DNA from: an uncultured Spirochaetota bacterium
Lineage (GTDB): Bacteria; Spirochaetota; Spirochaetia; SZUA-6; Fen-1364
Assembly (NCBI GenBank): GCA_963745235.1
Contig: CAVUXE010000029.1
Span: 137,507 to 201,506 of the forward strand
DNA: 64,000 nt
Reading direction: 5' to 3'
Made by a program: the position numbers and the translations under genes. Of this stretch, positions 20,420-30,359 are shown in pieces (the first letter of the stretch is position 1; each line of letters opens with the position of its first letter). The notes under the pieces were generated by a model. That model was not told where the DNA came from. It did no database searches and saw only the letters and a program-made list of their open reading frames with translations.

Positions 20420-21736
20420 GTGAGCTACGCCGAGCGCTTCAAAGTGATGGAGAAGGGCCTGGATCTGGCCCAGGCCATGGCGGAGGCCGACCGCTGTCTT
20501 CTCTGCCATGATCCCCCCTGCTCCCAGGGATGTCCCGCGGAGACAGACCCCGGCACTTTCATCAGAAAGCTGCGCCTTCGCAACGTAACGGGCGCCATCC
20601 GCACGGTGAAGGAGAACAACCCGCTGGGCGGCGCATGCGCGGTGTTGTGCCCCACGCCCCGGCTGTGCGAAAAGGCATGCAGCGCCACGGGCATTTCCCG
20701 CCCCGTTGACATTGGAAAGATCCAGAGGGCGTTGATCGAGCATTCCTGGAAAACCGGTGCACCGGCCCTCCAGAAGGCGGCTGCGCGCCCTGAAAAAGTT
20801 GCCGTTGTCGGTTCCGGGCCGGCGGGACTCTCCTGCGCCGCCGAGCTGGCACGGCACGGATTTGCCGTCACCGTCTTCGAGGAGCGCGCGGAGCCGGGAG
20901 GCGTCATCCGCTACGGAGTTCCCGCCTACCGGTTCGACGCGGACTTCCTGAAGCATGAGCTTGCAGATATCGAGTCGCTGGGCGTGAAGTTCGTTTGCGG
21001 CACGCGCGTGGACGGGGCCAGGGGCGCGGAGAAGCTGCTCTCCCAGGGATACCAGGCCGTGTTTCTTGCGCCCGGCCTCTGGGGTGCGGAGAGGATTCCC
21101 GGAGGAGACGCAACGAAAGGCGTGTATTCCTCCGTGGAGTTTCTGGCCGCTCTTCGCGAAGGCCGCATTGCCGAGATGGCCGGCCAGATCGAAGGCAGGC
21201 AAGTGGCCGTGATCGGCGGTGGAAGCGTTGCAATGGACTGCGTCCAGTGTGCCCTCAAGCTGGGGGCGCAGGATGCGTTCCTGGTCTATCGCAGGTCTTT
21301 CTCCCAGATGCCGGCTGAGGAGGATGAGCGGCTGGCCGCTCTTCGACTGGGCGCTCATTTCCTGGCGTTGAACCAGCCCGTCAAATACCGGGTGGACGCG
21401 AAGGGAATGCTCACAGGCATTACACTCGCCCGCACGCGCCTGGGCCAGGAGGATTCCTCCGGCCGGCGCGCTCCCACCGAGATCCCCGGATCCGAGTGGG
21501 TCCTGGAAGCCCAGATCGCAATAGAGGCCATCGGCAACAGGACGGATTCCGCGGACTGGTCGGGGGCCATCAAGGTGGACCGCACAGGCCTCATCCTTGC
21601 GGACTCCAGGACGCGCAAGACATCGGCAAAGACGATCTTTGCCGGCGGCGACATTGTTCGGGGGGCGGGTCTCGTTGTGGAGGCCGTGCAGGATGGGAAG
21701 CTTGCGGCCCGCGCAATCCGGGAAGCTCTGAGCTGA
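20420..21736 (+). CDS. preT: Dihydropyrimidine dehydrogenase subunit PreT (GltD-like)
   Basis: EADRCLLCHDPPCSQGCP, GSGPAGLSCA, IGGGSVAMD, FAGGDIVRG; adjacent to preA. Confidence 0.9.
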   Translation: MSYAERFKVMEKGLDLAQAMAEADRCLLCHDPPCSQGCPAETDPGTFIRKLRLRNVTGAIRTVKENNPLGGACAVLCPTPRLCEKACSATGISRPVDIGKIQRALIEHSWKTGAPALQKAAARPEKVAVVGSGPAGLSCAAELARHGFAVTVFEERAEPGGVIRYGVPAYRFDADFLKHELADIESLGVKFVCGTRVDGARGAEKLLSQGYQAVFLAPGLWGAERIPGGDATKGVYSSVEFLAALREGRIAEMAGQIEGRQVAVIGGGSVAMDCVQCALKLGAQDAFLVYRRSFSQMPAEEDERLAALRLGAHFLALNQPVKYRVDAKGMLTGITLARTRLGQEDSSGRRAPTEIPGSEWVLEAQIAIEAIGNRTDSADWSGAIKVDRTGLILADSRTRKTSAKTIFAGGDIVRGAGLVVEAVQDGKLAARAIREALS

Positions 21737-21747
21737 GGGGAGATGCC

Positions 21748-23043
21748 ATGACGACAAAAAACAAGACCGATATTTCCGTGAGCTTCTGCGGCGTGACTTT
21801 CAAGAACCCGTTTCTTCTTTCCTCTTCTCCCGTATCCAACTGCGCGGAGATGGTGGAAAGGGCATTCGAGCACGGGTGGGGCGGAGTCAGCTACAAGACT
21901 CTGAACTCGGACCGCATCACCATTGTCCATCCCTCACCGCGCATGGCGCCGTATCACTACGAAGACAAGCACCTCGTGGGCCTGCAGAACGTGGAGATGA
22001 CCTCCGACCGTCCGCTCAAGGACAATCTTGCGGATTACCTCTACCTGAAAAAGAAGTTTCCCGACCGGCCCATCATCGCGAGCATCATGGGGTTCTCCAA
22101 CGACGAGTGGGCATACCTTGCCCGGGCGGCGGAGGACCACGGGGCGGACATGCTGGAGCTGAACTTTTCCTGTCCCCACATGTCGGTGGAGGGCTCGGGA
22201 TACAAGGTGGGGCAGGCGTTCCACCTGCTGGAGAAGTTCACTACCACGGTCAAGAATGCGGTGAAAATCCCGGTCCTGGCCAAATTGACGCCCAATATCA
22301 CGGACATGACGGAGCCCGCCCTCTTCGCAAAGAAAGGCGGTGCTGACGGCATATCGGCCGTCAACACGTTCCGGGCGATATCCGGCATCGGGCTGGACGA
22401 CCTGGTGCCGAAGCCCAATGTCTTCGGAGTGGGCGCCATGAGCGGATACTCGGGGGCGGCGATAAAGCCCATCGCGCTGCATTTCATTGCCGAAATGGCC
22501 CAGTGCTCCGATCTCGACCTTCCACTGTCCGCAATGGGCGGAATCGAGACGTGGATCGACGCCCTGGAGTACATCCTCGTGGGGGCAACGACGCTCCAGG
22601 TGACCACGGGCGTCATCCACTATGGGTACCGGATCGTGGAAGACATGATCGAAGGAATCACCGATTACATGGTTTCTCGGGGAATCACGAGCATGGCGGA
22701 CCTGATCGGCAAGAGCCTGCCTCACCTGAAGGAAACTGACCACTTCGACCTGAAGCGCCAGGGGGTCGCGCAGTACGACCTGGAGAAGTGCGTGGGCTGC
22801 GGGCAGTGCTATATCGTCTGCCACGACGCGGGGGGCCAGGCCCTCGAGTGGGAGGCTGACAAGAGACGGCCGAAGCTCGACGAGGACAAGTGCCTGAGCT
22901 GCATGATCTGCAACTTCATTTGCCCGGTGCCGGAGCTGATCACGTACAAGGAAAAGCCCGCGGGCTGGGAGAGACGGCATACTCCCATGAAGGAAGCCGC
23001 GCTGCAGAAGCAGGTGAAAGTGGCGCCGTTCCAGGGCGCATAG
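21748..23043 (+). CDS. preA: Dihydropyrimidine dehydrogenase subunit PreA
   Basis: NPFLLSSSP, ELNFSCPH, AKLTPNITD, SGYSGAAIKPIAL, two C-terminal 4Fe-4S motifs. Confidence 0.93.
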   Translation: MTTKNKTDISVSFCGVTFKNPFLLSSSPVSNCAEMVERAFEHGWGGVSYKTLNSDRITIVHPSPRMAPYHYEDKHLVGLQNVEMTSDRPLKDNLADYLYLKKKFPDRPIIASIMGFSNDEWAYLARAAEDHGADMLELNFSCPHMSVEGSGYKVGQAFHLLEKFTTTVKNAVKIPVLAKLTPNITDMTEPALFAKKGGADGISAVNTFRAISGIGLDDLVPKPNVFGVGAMSGYSGAAIKPIALHFIAEMAQCSDLDLPLSAMGGIETWIDALEYILVGATTLQVTTGVIHYGYRIVEDMIEGITDYMVSRGITSMADLIGKSLPHLKETDHFDLKRQGVAQYDLEKCVGCGQCYIVCHDAGGQALEWEADKRRPKLDEDKCLSCMICNFICPVPELITYKEKPAGWERRHTPMKEAALQKQVKVAPFQGA

Positions 23044-23057
23044 GAGGAGGGTGGGCC

Positions 23058-24449
23058 ATGAGCGTACTCTTGAAAAACGGGCTTGTCGTCACGTCCACGG
23101 GCTCGTACGTCGCTGACGTGTTCGTGGACGGTGAGAAGATCAAGTCAATCGGGACGGGGCTGTCCGTGAAAGCGGATGACACGGTGGACGCAACGGGGAA
23201 GTACATCCTCCCCGGCGCCATCGACCCCCACACCCACATCGAAATGCCGTTTATGGGGACCACGTCCTCCGACGACTGGAAGACGGGGTCCGTCGCTGCT
23301 GCCTGCGGCGGGACCACGACGATCATCGACTTCAGCCTTCAGGGCAAGGGGGAGATGCTCCAGGACGCGGTGGAACGCCAGAAGGGAAAGGCGAACGGCA
23401 AGTCGGTGGTGGACTTCAGCATCCACCCCGGAGTCACCGACGCCCGGCCGGAGGTGATCGAGGAGGTGAAGAAGGCAATCCACGAATACGGGACCCCGAG
23501 CTTCAAGATCTTCCTGTTCTACGACTTCCGCGTGGACGACTACACCATGATCCGTCTCCTGGAGGAGACGAAGAAGCACGGCGGCCTGGTCCAGGTGCAC
23601 GCGGAAAGCTTCGACATGATCCGCAGGCTGAACGAGCAGTTCGAAGCGGCAAAGACGCTGGATCCCATCCACCACGCCTGGGCGCATGCGGCGCTCGCGG
23701 AGGAAGAAGCGGTGGACAGGGCGGCAAAGGCCGTGGAGTTCACCGGCAGCCGCATCTATATCGTGCACCTCTCATCGAGCCGGGGCCTGTGGAAGATCAA
23801 GCAGGCCCGTGACAAAGGCGTGCGGATCCAGGCGGAAACCTGCCCGCAGTACCTGACGCTCACCGAGGACAGGTACAAGGAGCCGAACTGGAACGGGGCG
23901 AAGTACGTCATGTCTCCCCCGCTGCGCTGCCAGGAGAGCCTTGATGAGCTGTGGCTTGGCCTCAGGGATGGGGACATCCAGACCATCGGGACCGACCACT
24001 GCCCGTTCAACTTCAAGGGGCAGAAGGACATGGCGGGGAAGGATGACTACAGGAAGATCCCCAACGGCGCGCCCGGCATCGAGACCATGCTCATGCTCAT
24101 GCATACCGAGGGAGTTGTGAAAGGCCGCATCACGCTGGAGCGCATGGTGGACGTCCTGTCGACCGCCACGGCGCGGATGTTCGGCCTGGCAGACAAGGGC
24201 GCCATCGCGGCCGGCAAGGATGCCGATATCGTTGTCTTTGATCCAAAACGAAAATTCACCATCACGCAGAAGAAGCTGCATCAGAACGTGGACTACACCC
24301 CCTGGGAAGGCTTCGAGATGACGGGAATGCCCGACATCGTGTACTCTCGGGGAAAGCGCGCGGCCGAATGGTCCGGGGACCAGATGAAGTTCGTCGGTGA
24401 GGTCGGGCGCGGCAGGTTCGTGAAGAGGCAGCCCCTCTCCCCGTTCTAA
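23058..24449 (+). CDS. hydA: Dihydropyrimidinase (D-hydantoinase)
   Basis: PGAIDPHTH, GGTTTIIDF, VHAE, YIVHLS, KYVMSPPLR, GTDHCPF, IPNGAPG. Confidence 0.93.
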   Translation: MSVLLKNGLVVTSTGSYVADVFVDGEKIKSIGTGLSVKADDTVDATGKYILPGAIDPHTHIEMPFMGTTSSDDWKTGSVAAACGGTTTIIDFSLQGKGEMLQDAVERQKGKANGKSVVDFSIHPGVTDARPEVIEEVKKAIHEYGTPSFKIFLFYDFRVDDYTMIRLLEETKKHGGLVQVHAESFDMIRRLNEQFEAAKTLDPIHHAWAHAALAEEEAVDRAAKAVEFTGSRIYIVHLSSSRGLWKIKQARDKGVRIQAETCPQYLTLTEDRYKEPNWNGAKYVMSPPLRCQESLDELWLGLRDGDIQTIGTDHCPFNFKGQKDMAGKDDYRKIPNGAPGIETMLMLMHTEGVVKGRITLERMVDVLSTATARMFGLADKGAIAAGKDADIVVFDPKRKFTITQKKLHQNVDYTPWEGFEMTGMPDIVYSRGKRAAEWSGDQMKFVGEVGRGRFVKRQPLSPF

Positions 24450-24461
24450 GAATGGCAAGCG

Positions 24462-24495
24462 GCGCCTCCCCGGGCCGGGGGGGCGCGTTCTTTCT
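24462..24495 (+). terminator. Internal hairpin/terminator between hydA and the M20 hydrolase
   Basis: gcgcctcccc-gggcc-gggggggcgc followed by gttctttct. Confidence 0.5.
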
Positions 24496-24518
24496 CACCC
24501 TGACACGGAGGAATACCC

Positions 24519-25761
24519 ATGGAAACAGGCAAGATGAGGGTCAATGGGGCGCGCCTTCGGGCGAGCCTCGAGGAGATGGCAAAGATCGGCGCGACCCCCG
24601 CGGGCGGGGTTCACAGGCTTGCCCTTTCGGATGAGGACAAGCGGGCGCGCGACCTTTTCGTGAAGTGGCTGAAGGAGATCGATTTCACGGTGACAATCGA
24701 CGAGATGGGAAATATCTTCGGCCGCAGGCCCGGGCAAGGACGACACGCTGGCCCCGGTCATGTGCGGCTCCCATGTCGACTCGCAGCCGAAAGGGGGACG
24801 GTTCGACGGCATCCTTGGAGTCATGGGGGCCCTGGAGACCATGCGGACCATCCACGAGAACAGGGTCCAGACGGAGCGGCCCCTCGTCATTGTGGATTGG
24901 ACGAACGAAGAAGGATCGCGGTTCGCCCCCGCCATGATAGCCTCCGGCGTGTGGGCCGGCGCCCTGGAACGTGACTGGGCGTACAGCCGCACGGACATCA
25001 ACGGCAAGAAGCAGGGGGATGAGCTTGCCCGAATCGGGTACAAGGGCGCGGCGCCGGCAAAGAAATGGACCACCCACGCCTACTACGAGTACCATATCGA
25101 GCAGGGTCCCACGCTGGAGAGGCTGGGGAAGACTATTGGCGCGCCCAAGGGCATCCTCTGCCTCCACTGGTACGATGTGTACCTGCAAGGGGAGGCGAAC
25201 CAGGTGGGACCGACCCCCATGGAAGGCAGGCACGACGCCCTGTGCGCCGCCGCGGAGATGATCCTGGCGACAAACACGCTCCCTGACCGCATGAAAGGCA
25301 ACATGGTCGCAACGGTCGGCGAGATCCAGAACGGCCCCAACTCGCGCAACATCATCCCGGACAAGGTCCACTTCACCGTTGACATCAGGTCGTGGGATGA
25401 CGACCATGCGCTGCGGGCCTGGGAGCTTTTGAAGAAGGACTTCCAGGAGATCGCGGCTCGACGCGGCACTCCCATCCGCATCGAAGAGACCTGGCAAGTC
25501 CCCCATGCGCCCTTCAACGACAAGCTGGTCCAGAGGGTGCTGGACACGGCGAAGGAATTGGGGTACTCCACCCACCATATGGTGAGCGGGGCGGGGCATG
25601 ACGCGAGCTACATGAACCAGGTCTGCCCCACGGCCATGATATTCGTGCCGAGCATCGGCGGCAGAAGCCATGTCGAAGTGGAAAGCACAAAGTGGGAGGA
25701 CTGCGAAGCGGGGGCGAACGTGCTCCTGCATTGCATCGTGAAGACTGCAAACGAGCGCTGA
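24519..25761 (+). CDS. M20 Zn-dependent N-carbamoyl-amino-acid hydrolase / beta-ureidopropionase (frameshift near 24735)
   Basis: GSHVDSQPKGGRFDG, WTNEEGSRF, EYHIEQGP, SGAGHDA, GRSH. Confidence 0.88.
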
Positions 25762-25780
25762 GCAAGAGAGAGGAGATTCG

Positions 25781-27109
25781 ATGAATACCGCGGAACTGCA
25801 GAAGCTTGACCGACAGCACGTGATCTACAGCTGGAAGGCCCAGGGGGGCTGGACGCCCACCGTGATCGACCACGCGGAGGGCATCTACATGTACGACACG
25901 GACGGCCGCAAGATCGTGGACGGCTGCGCCGGGCTTCTCAACATCAACCTCGGGCATGGGAACAAGCACGTCATCGACGCGATGAAAGCGCAGATGGACA
26001 AGCTGTGCTACGTGTCCCCCGGGTTTTCAACCGAGCCGAAGGCGAAACTCGCCTCCTTGGTGGCAGATGTCACCCCCGGGGACCTCGACTACGTCATGTT
26101 CACCAACGGCGGCGCGGAGGCCAACGAGAACGCCATCAAGTCCGCGCGCTGGTTTACCGGAAGGAACAAGATCTATGCGGCCTGGAAGAGCTACCACGGG
26201 GCGACGGCGGGTGCCATCACCGTGACGGGAGACCCGCGGCGGTGGCCGGCGGAGCCCGGCATCCCCGGCGTGGTCCACTTCTTCGGGCCCTACCCGTACC
26301 GCTGCCCCTTCGGCTCGAAGGACGAAGTGGAGTGCGGTGAGCGGACCCTCGCGGTGCTCAAAGAGCAGCTGATGTACGACAATCCGAAGTCGGTTGCCGC
26401 CATCATCATCGAGCCGATAGTCGGGACGAACGGGATCATCGCTCCCCCCGTGAACTACATGAAGGGGCTGCGCCAGCTGTGTGACGAGAACGGGATCCTC
26501 CTCATTGTGGACGAGGTCATGTCCGCCTGGGGCAGGTCGGGGAAGTGGTTCTCCATTCAGCACTACGACATCGTCCCTGACATCATCACGACGGCGAAAG
26601 GCATCACCTCCGGGTACGTTCAGCTCGGCGCGACCATCTGGAGCAGGAAGATCTGGGACTACTTCCAGGAGCGCAAGTTTGTGAGCGGCCTGACCTACAC
26701 GGGTCACGCGCTGGCGTGCGCCTGCGGCGTGGCGAACCTCGAGGTGTACAAGAGCGAGAACCTGATCGAGAAGTCCGCCGACGACGGGGAGTACCTTGCA
26801 AAGAAGCTCAAGGAGCTGGAGAAGAAGCACTGCTCCGTCGGGGACACCCGGTGCGTCGGCCTGTGGGCGTGCATCGAGCTTGTGGCGGACAAGAAGACCA
26901 AGAAGCCCATCGCGGGGTTCAATGACTCCCTCAGGAACGTCTCCGGACAGCTCGGCAAGATCTTCATGGAGAACGGGTTGTACCTGTACTGCAACTGGGA
27001 TTACATCTTCATCTCCCCGCCGCTCATCATCAGCAGGCAGGAGATCGACGAGATGGTTGCCGTGATCGAGAAGGGACTGGCCTGGACGGACACGCTGGCG
27101 AAGGGCTGA
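25781..27109 (+). CDS. Class III PLP aminotransferase (beta-alanine/omega-amino acid type)
   Basis: TNGGAEANENA, SYHGAT, IVDEVMSAWGRSG, TTAKGITSGY. Confidence 0.88.
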   Translation: MNTAELQKLDRQHVIYSWKAQGGWTPTVIDHAEGIYMYDTDGRKIVDGCAGLLNINLGHGNKHVIDAMKAQMDKLCYVSPGFSTEPKAKLASLVADVTPGDLDYVMFTNGGAEANENAIKSARWFTGRNKIYAAWKSYHGATAGAITVTGDPRRWPAEPGIPGVVHFFGPYPYRCPFGSKDEVECGERTLAVLKEQLMYDNPKSVAAIIIEPIVGTNGIIAPPVNYMKGLRQLCDENGILLIVDEVMSAWGRSGKWFSIQHYDIVPDIITTAKGITSGYVQLGATIWSRKIWDYFQERKFVSGLTYTGHALACACGVANLEVYKSENLIEKSADDGEYLAKKLKELEKKHCSVGDTRCVGLWACIELVADKKTKKPIAGFNDSLRNVSGQLGKIFMENGLYLYCNWDYIFISPPLIISRQEIDEMVAVIEKGLAWTDTLAKG

Positions 27110-27133
27110 AGCGTGCCGGCTGGCCCGCAAAGG

Positions 27134-27162
27134 AAAGGCGCGCCGCGGGGCGCGCCTTTGTT
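27134..27162. terminator. Bidirectional terminator hairpin
   Basis: aaaggcgcgcc-gcgg-ggcgcgccttt between convergent genes. Confidence 0.75.
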
Positions 27163-27176
27163 GTCGACGGATCCTC

Positions 27177-28904
27177 TCAGAGCGGGAACTGGATTGCCTG
27201 TCCTGCCACGATATACCACGTGACGAAGAGCGCGTTGACGAAAGACCCCGCCCAGACGCGGCCGGTCTTTTCGTAGAACCACGTTGAGAAGATCGAAGCG
27301 ATGACCATGAGAGGCAGGAACTGGATGGCGATGATGGTGTTCAAGGGCTGTGACGCGCTGAGAAGCATGCCCCGGGCAAAGAGCGTGATGTACTCCAGGA
27401 GCAGGAACACGAGGAAGCCGCCCGCCATGATCCCCATGTTGGCGAAATACCGGGCAGCCGGGGGAGACCCCGGCAGGCGATACTGCGCGTGCAGCGTGGT
27501 GGAAGAGATGAGGAAGAAGGCGGCAAACGGGATCAGGTAGCGCAGGAATATCCCGAACTGCAGGGGGCTCATGGGCTTCAGGGCCAGCACCCAGAAGCGG
27601 AAGTCGATCTTGAAGAAATACCCGGCCATTGCAAGAAGCAGGTAGCCGGCGAAGACCACGGCAACGGCGTACAGGGCGTCCATCCCTATCAGTCCCCACC
27701 CGAGCCCGTACGTCGCGGCGTTTGCCCCGCGTCGGGAGCTCGTGGTGAGGTGCCAGGCGATGAAGAGCACCAGGAAGATTGCGCCGTCCATGAGCGCCCA
27801 CACCATGATCTGGCTGGTGATTGTCTGCGGGAAAAGCCAGGAAGCCTTGATTCCCGCGCCGAGGGTCATGAAGAGATAGAAGAAGACGACCGGGATGGCG
27901 GCCGTCACCGCTGCCCAGATCCACCAGGGGGCGCCGGTGAACGGAGTCACCGCCGGCAGCGGGCCTGCCAGGCGCGCGAACGTCCTGGTCCCCAGGAGCG
28001 TGCGCCCCATCCCCAACAGGAAGAACACGAACCCAATGAATCCAAGGAGCGTCGCCAGCTCTTTCCAGATCCAGATCTGGTCAGTGGAGGGAAGGGGCGA
28101 TCCTCCCTTGAGTGTCTGGCCGAACCAGTCGATTGCATATCCGATTGCAGCGTTGGAGATGTGGTCTCCCGGATGGGTCGTGACGGGCGTGTACAGGACC
28201 CGGGCGGTTCCGTCCGCAATCGAGCCATACACTTTCCCCGGCTGGATGTCGTCCGTCACGCCGAATACCTTCTTCAGCTTTTCGCTCTTTGTGACGTCCG
28301 CCGCGCGCGGGATCCCCCACATGAGCACGGAAAACTCGTCGTACTTGCTGTAGACGACGGCAAGGTTCTTCGGCCAGGTGGGGCTGCCCTCCGCCGCGAA
28401 GGGCTTGCCGGTGGACGAGCCTTCCAGAACGGCGGACTTGTAGCCATCAGGCATGACCGCGGCGGCGGCAAGGAATGTCCAGCCGCCCATGGAGTGCCCT
28501 TCCAGCCCGATGTTGTCCTTGTCCACGATGTCCAGAGACCTGAGGAACTTGAGCCCGTCCGGGCCGCCGAAGCCGTTGCCGAACGCCGGTGGGTCGGAGT
28601 AGCCGTGGCCTGTCTGGTCCAGGGCCAGCACGACGTACCCGCGCCGCGCGAGCTCGATAGCGAAGCCCGACTGCGTCTCCCGGGAATTGATATACCAATG
28701 GACCGCAAGGATGCCCGGCGCGGGAGTCTTTGCGGTCGCGGACTTCGGCACGTAGAGGAGCGCGCTCATGCGCGTCCCGTTTGCGCCGATGAACCGCACG
28801 TCGCGAACGGCCACCTGGCCTCCGTCGGTCTGGACGAGCCATCCGACGATGCCCGCCACGACCACCAGTGCGACTGCGAGGATCAGGAACGTGTTCCGTT
28901 TCAT
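27177..28904 (-). CDS. Alpha/beta hydrolase fused to a multi-TM C-terminal domain
   Basis: N-terminal TM/signal, GHSMGG, YDEF, HPGDH, then about 8 hydrophobic helices. Confidence 0.8.
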   Translation of the reverse strand: MKRNTFLILAVALVVVAGIVGWLVQTDGGQVAVRDVRFIGANGTRMSALLYVPKSATAKTPAPGILAVHWYINSRETQSGFAIELARRGYVVLALDQTGHGYSDPPAFGNGFGGPDGLKFLRSLDIVDKDNIGLEGHSMGGWTFLAAAAVMPDGYKSAVLEGSSTGKPFAAEGSPTWPKNLAVVYSKYDEFSVLMWGIPRAADVTKSEKLKKVFGVTDDIQPGKVYGSIADGTARVLYTPVTTHPGDHISNAAIGYAIDWFGQTLKGGSPLPSTDQIWIWKELATLLGFIGFVFFLLGMGRTLLGTRTFARLAGPLPAVTPFTGAPWWIWAAVTAAIPVVFFYLFMTLGAGIKASWLFPQTITSQIMVWALMDGAIFLVLFIAWHLTTSSRRGANAATYGLGWGLIGMDALYAVAVVFAGYLLLAMAGYFFKIDFRFWVLALKPMSPLQFGIFLRYLIPFAAFFLISSTTLHAQYRLPGSPPAARYFANMGIMAGGFLVFLLLEYITLFARGMLLSASQPLNTIIAIQFLPLMVIASIFSTWFYEKTGRVWAGSFVNALFVTWYIVAGQAIQFPL

Positions 28905-29011
28905 GCTGAACCTCCGGTTGTTTCAGGATGGCGTAGTATACAGCCGCCGCCGCTGCGATGCCATGGCGCCACTTGACGGTGTCGTTATCTTCTGAGGAGG
29001 GAGGAAGAGCG

Positions 29012-29917
29012 ATGTCAATTCGACCAGTCAAGGATCTCATAACCGCGCAGCCAACCGTGGAAGGCGCAGGCGTTCGGCTTCGGCGGGCGTTCGGGTTCGG
29101 TGACACGGAGAGCTTCGATCCCTTCCTCCTGCTCGACGATTTCAGAAACGACCGGCCCGCCGACTACCTTGCGGGCTTCCCGTGGCACCCCCACCGCGGC
29201 ATTGAGACGATCACGTATGTCCTTTCCGGCACCGTGGATCACGGTGACAGCATGGGCAACAGGGGAACGATCTCCGAGGGCGACGTCCAGTGGATGACGG
29301 CCGGCCGCGGCATCATCCACCAGGAAATGCCCAAGGGGGATCAAAAGGGAAGGATGCACGGCTTCCAGCTGTGGTCGAACCTGCCTTCGTCCCTCAAGAT
29401 GACGGCCCCCCGATACCAGGAGGTCCATGCGGCGGAGATCCCCGAGGTAACCGATGATGACGGCACGCGGGTGCGCGTCGTGTGCGGGAGCATCTGGGGG
29501 GCCGTTGGTCCCGTTGTGGGTGTGGCCTCCGAGCCGCACTACATCGACGTGTCGGTCCCGCCGAACCGCAGGAAGTCGATTCCGGTGGAGACTTCGCGCC
29601 ACGCTTTTGCGTACGTCTTTGCCGGCTCGGGCAGGTTCATGAACGCCTCAGGTCCGCGGCCGGTAGCCACCGAGTATGTCGGGGACCCCGATGGCGCCGA
29701 CGGCGTCGCCGCGGAAAACCGCTCCCTGGTGCTCTTCGATTCGGGGGACGAGGTGACGGTCCAGGCGGGAGAAGAGGGGATCCGGTTCCTCCTGGTCTCC
29801 GGGAAGCCGATTGGCGAGCCCGTGGCGTGGCAGGGCCCCATCGTCATGAACACGGCGGAGGAGCTGCGGGCGGCATACTCCGAGCTTCGTGACGGCACGT
29901 TCCTGGACAGGAAATAG
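29012..29917 (+). CDS. Pirin family protein
   Basis: DPFLLLD, FPWHPHRGIETITY, WMTAGRGIIHQEMP, GPIVMNT. Confidence 0.95.
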   Translation: MSIRPVKDLITAQPTVEGAGVRLRRAFGFGDTESFDPFLLLDDFRNDRPADYLAGFPWHPHRGIETITYVLSGTVDHGDSMGNRGTISEGDVQWMTAGRGIIHQEMPKGDQKGRMHGFQLWSNLPSSLKMTAPRYQEVHAAEIPEVTDDDGTRVRVVCGSIWGAVGPVVGVASEPHYIDVSVPPNRRKSIPVETSRHAFAYVFAGSGRFMNASGPRPVATEYVGDPDGADGVAAENRSLVLFDSGDEVTVQAGEEGIRFLLVSGKPIGEPVAWQGPIVMNTAEELRAAYSELRDGTFLDRK

Positions 29918-29924
29918 CGGCGTC

Positions 29925-30359
29925 CTATTTCTTTCCCTCCAGGAGCGCCTTGAGGTCCTTGAGCGCCGCAACCTCGGACTGCATCTGCCTGGTGATCATG
30001 GGGTCCATCAGCTTTGCAAGTCCCTTCGGCTGGAAGTCGAGGACGAACGTCACCGAGGTCGCGTTGCCCTGCTTCTCGAGCTTGAATGTCCCCGCGGGCC
30101 GGGCAGGCCCCGCGGTGACTTCGAACCTGATGAGAGCACCCGGGACGCACTCGACGACCTTGTAGTCCGCATCGATCCGTCCGGTCGGTCCCTTCATACC
30201 CTGCTTGAAGGCGGCGCCGACTCCGGCCGGAGTTCCTGGCACTTTCCCGATGTCCAGGACGCCCTTGCGCCACCGGGGGTTGTTCGTTCCGTCCAGCAGG
30301 AAGTCGTAGACTTCTCCGGCTGGCCTGTCAATGATGATCGAGCTCTCAGCGTGCGCCAT
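29925..30359 (-). CDS. SRPBCC (START/polyketide cyclase-like) protein
   Basis: SIIIDRPAGEVYDFL..N.PRW; C-terminal LKDLKALLE helix. Confidence 0.85.
   Translation of the reverse strand: MAHAESSIIIDRPAGEVYDFLLDGTNNPRWRKGVLDIGKVPGTPAGVGAAFKQGMKGPTGRIDADYKVVECVPGALIRFEVTAGPARPAGTFKLEKQGNATSVTFVLDFQPKGLAKLMDPMITRQMQSEVAALKDLKALLEGKK

Noticed and set aside
28695-28697. HW instead of HG in the hydrolase oxyanion loop
   Set aside because: A single GGG/TGG substitution in error-prone sequence; not interpretable
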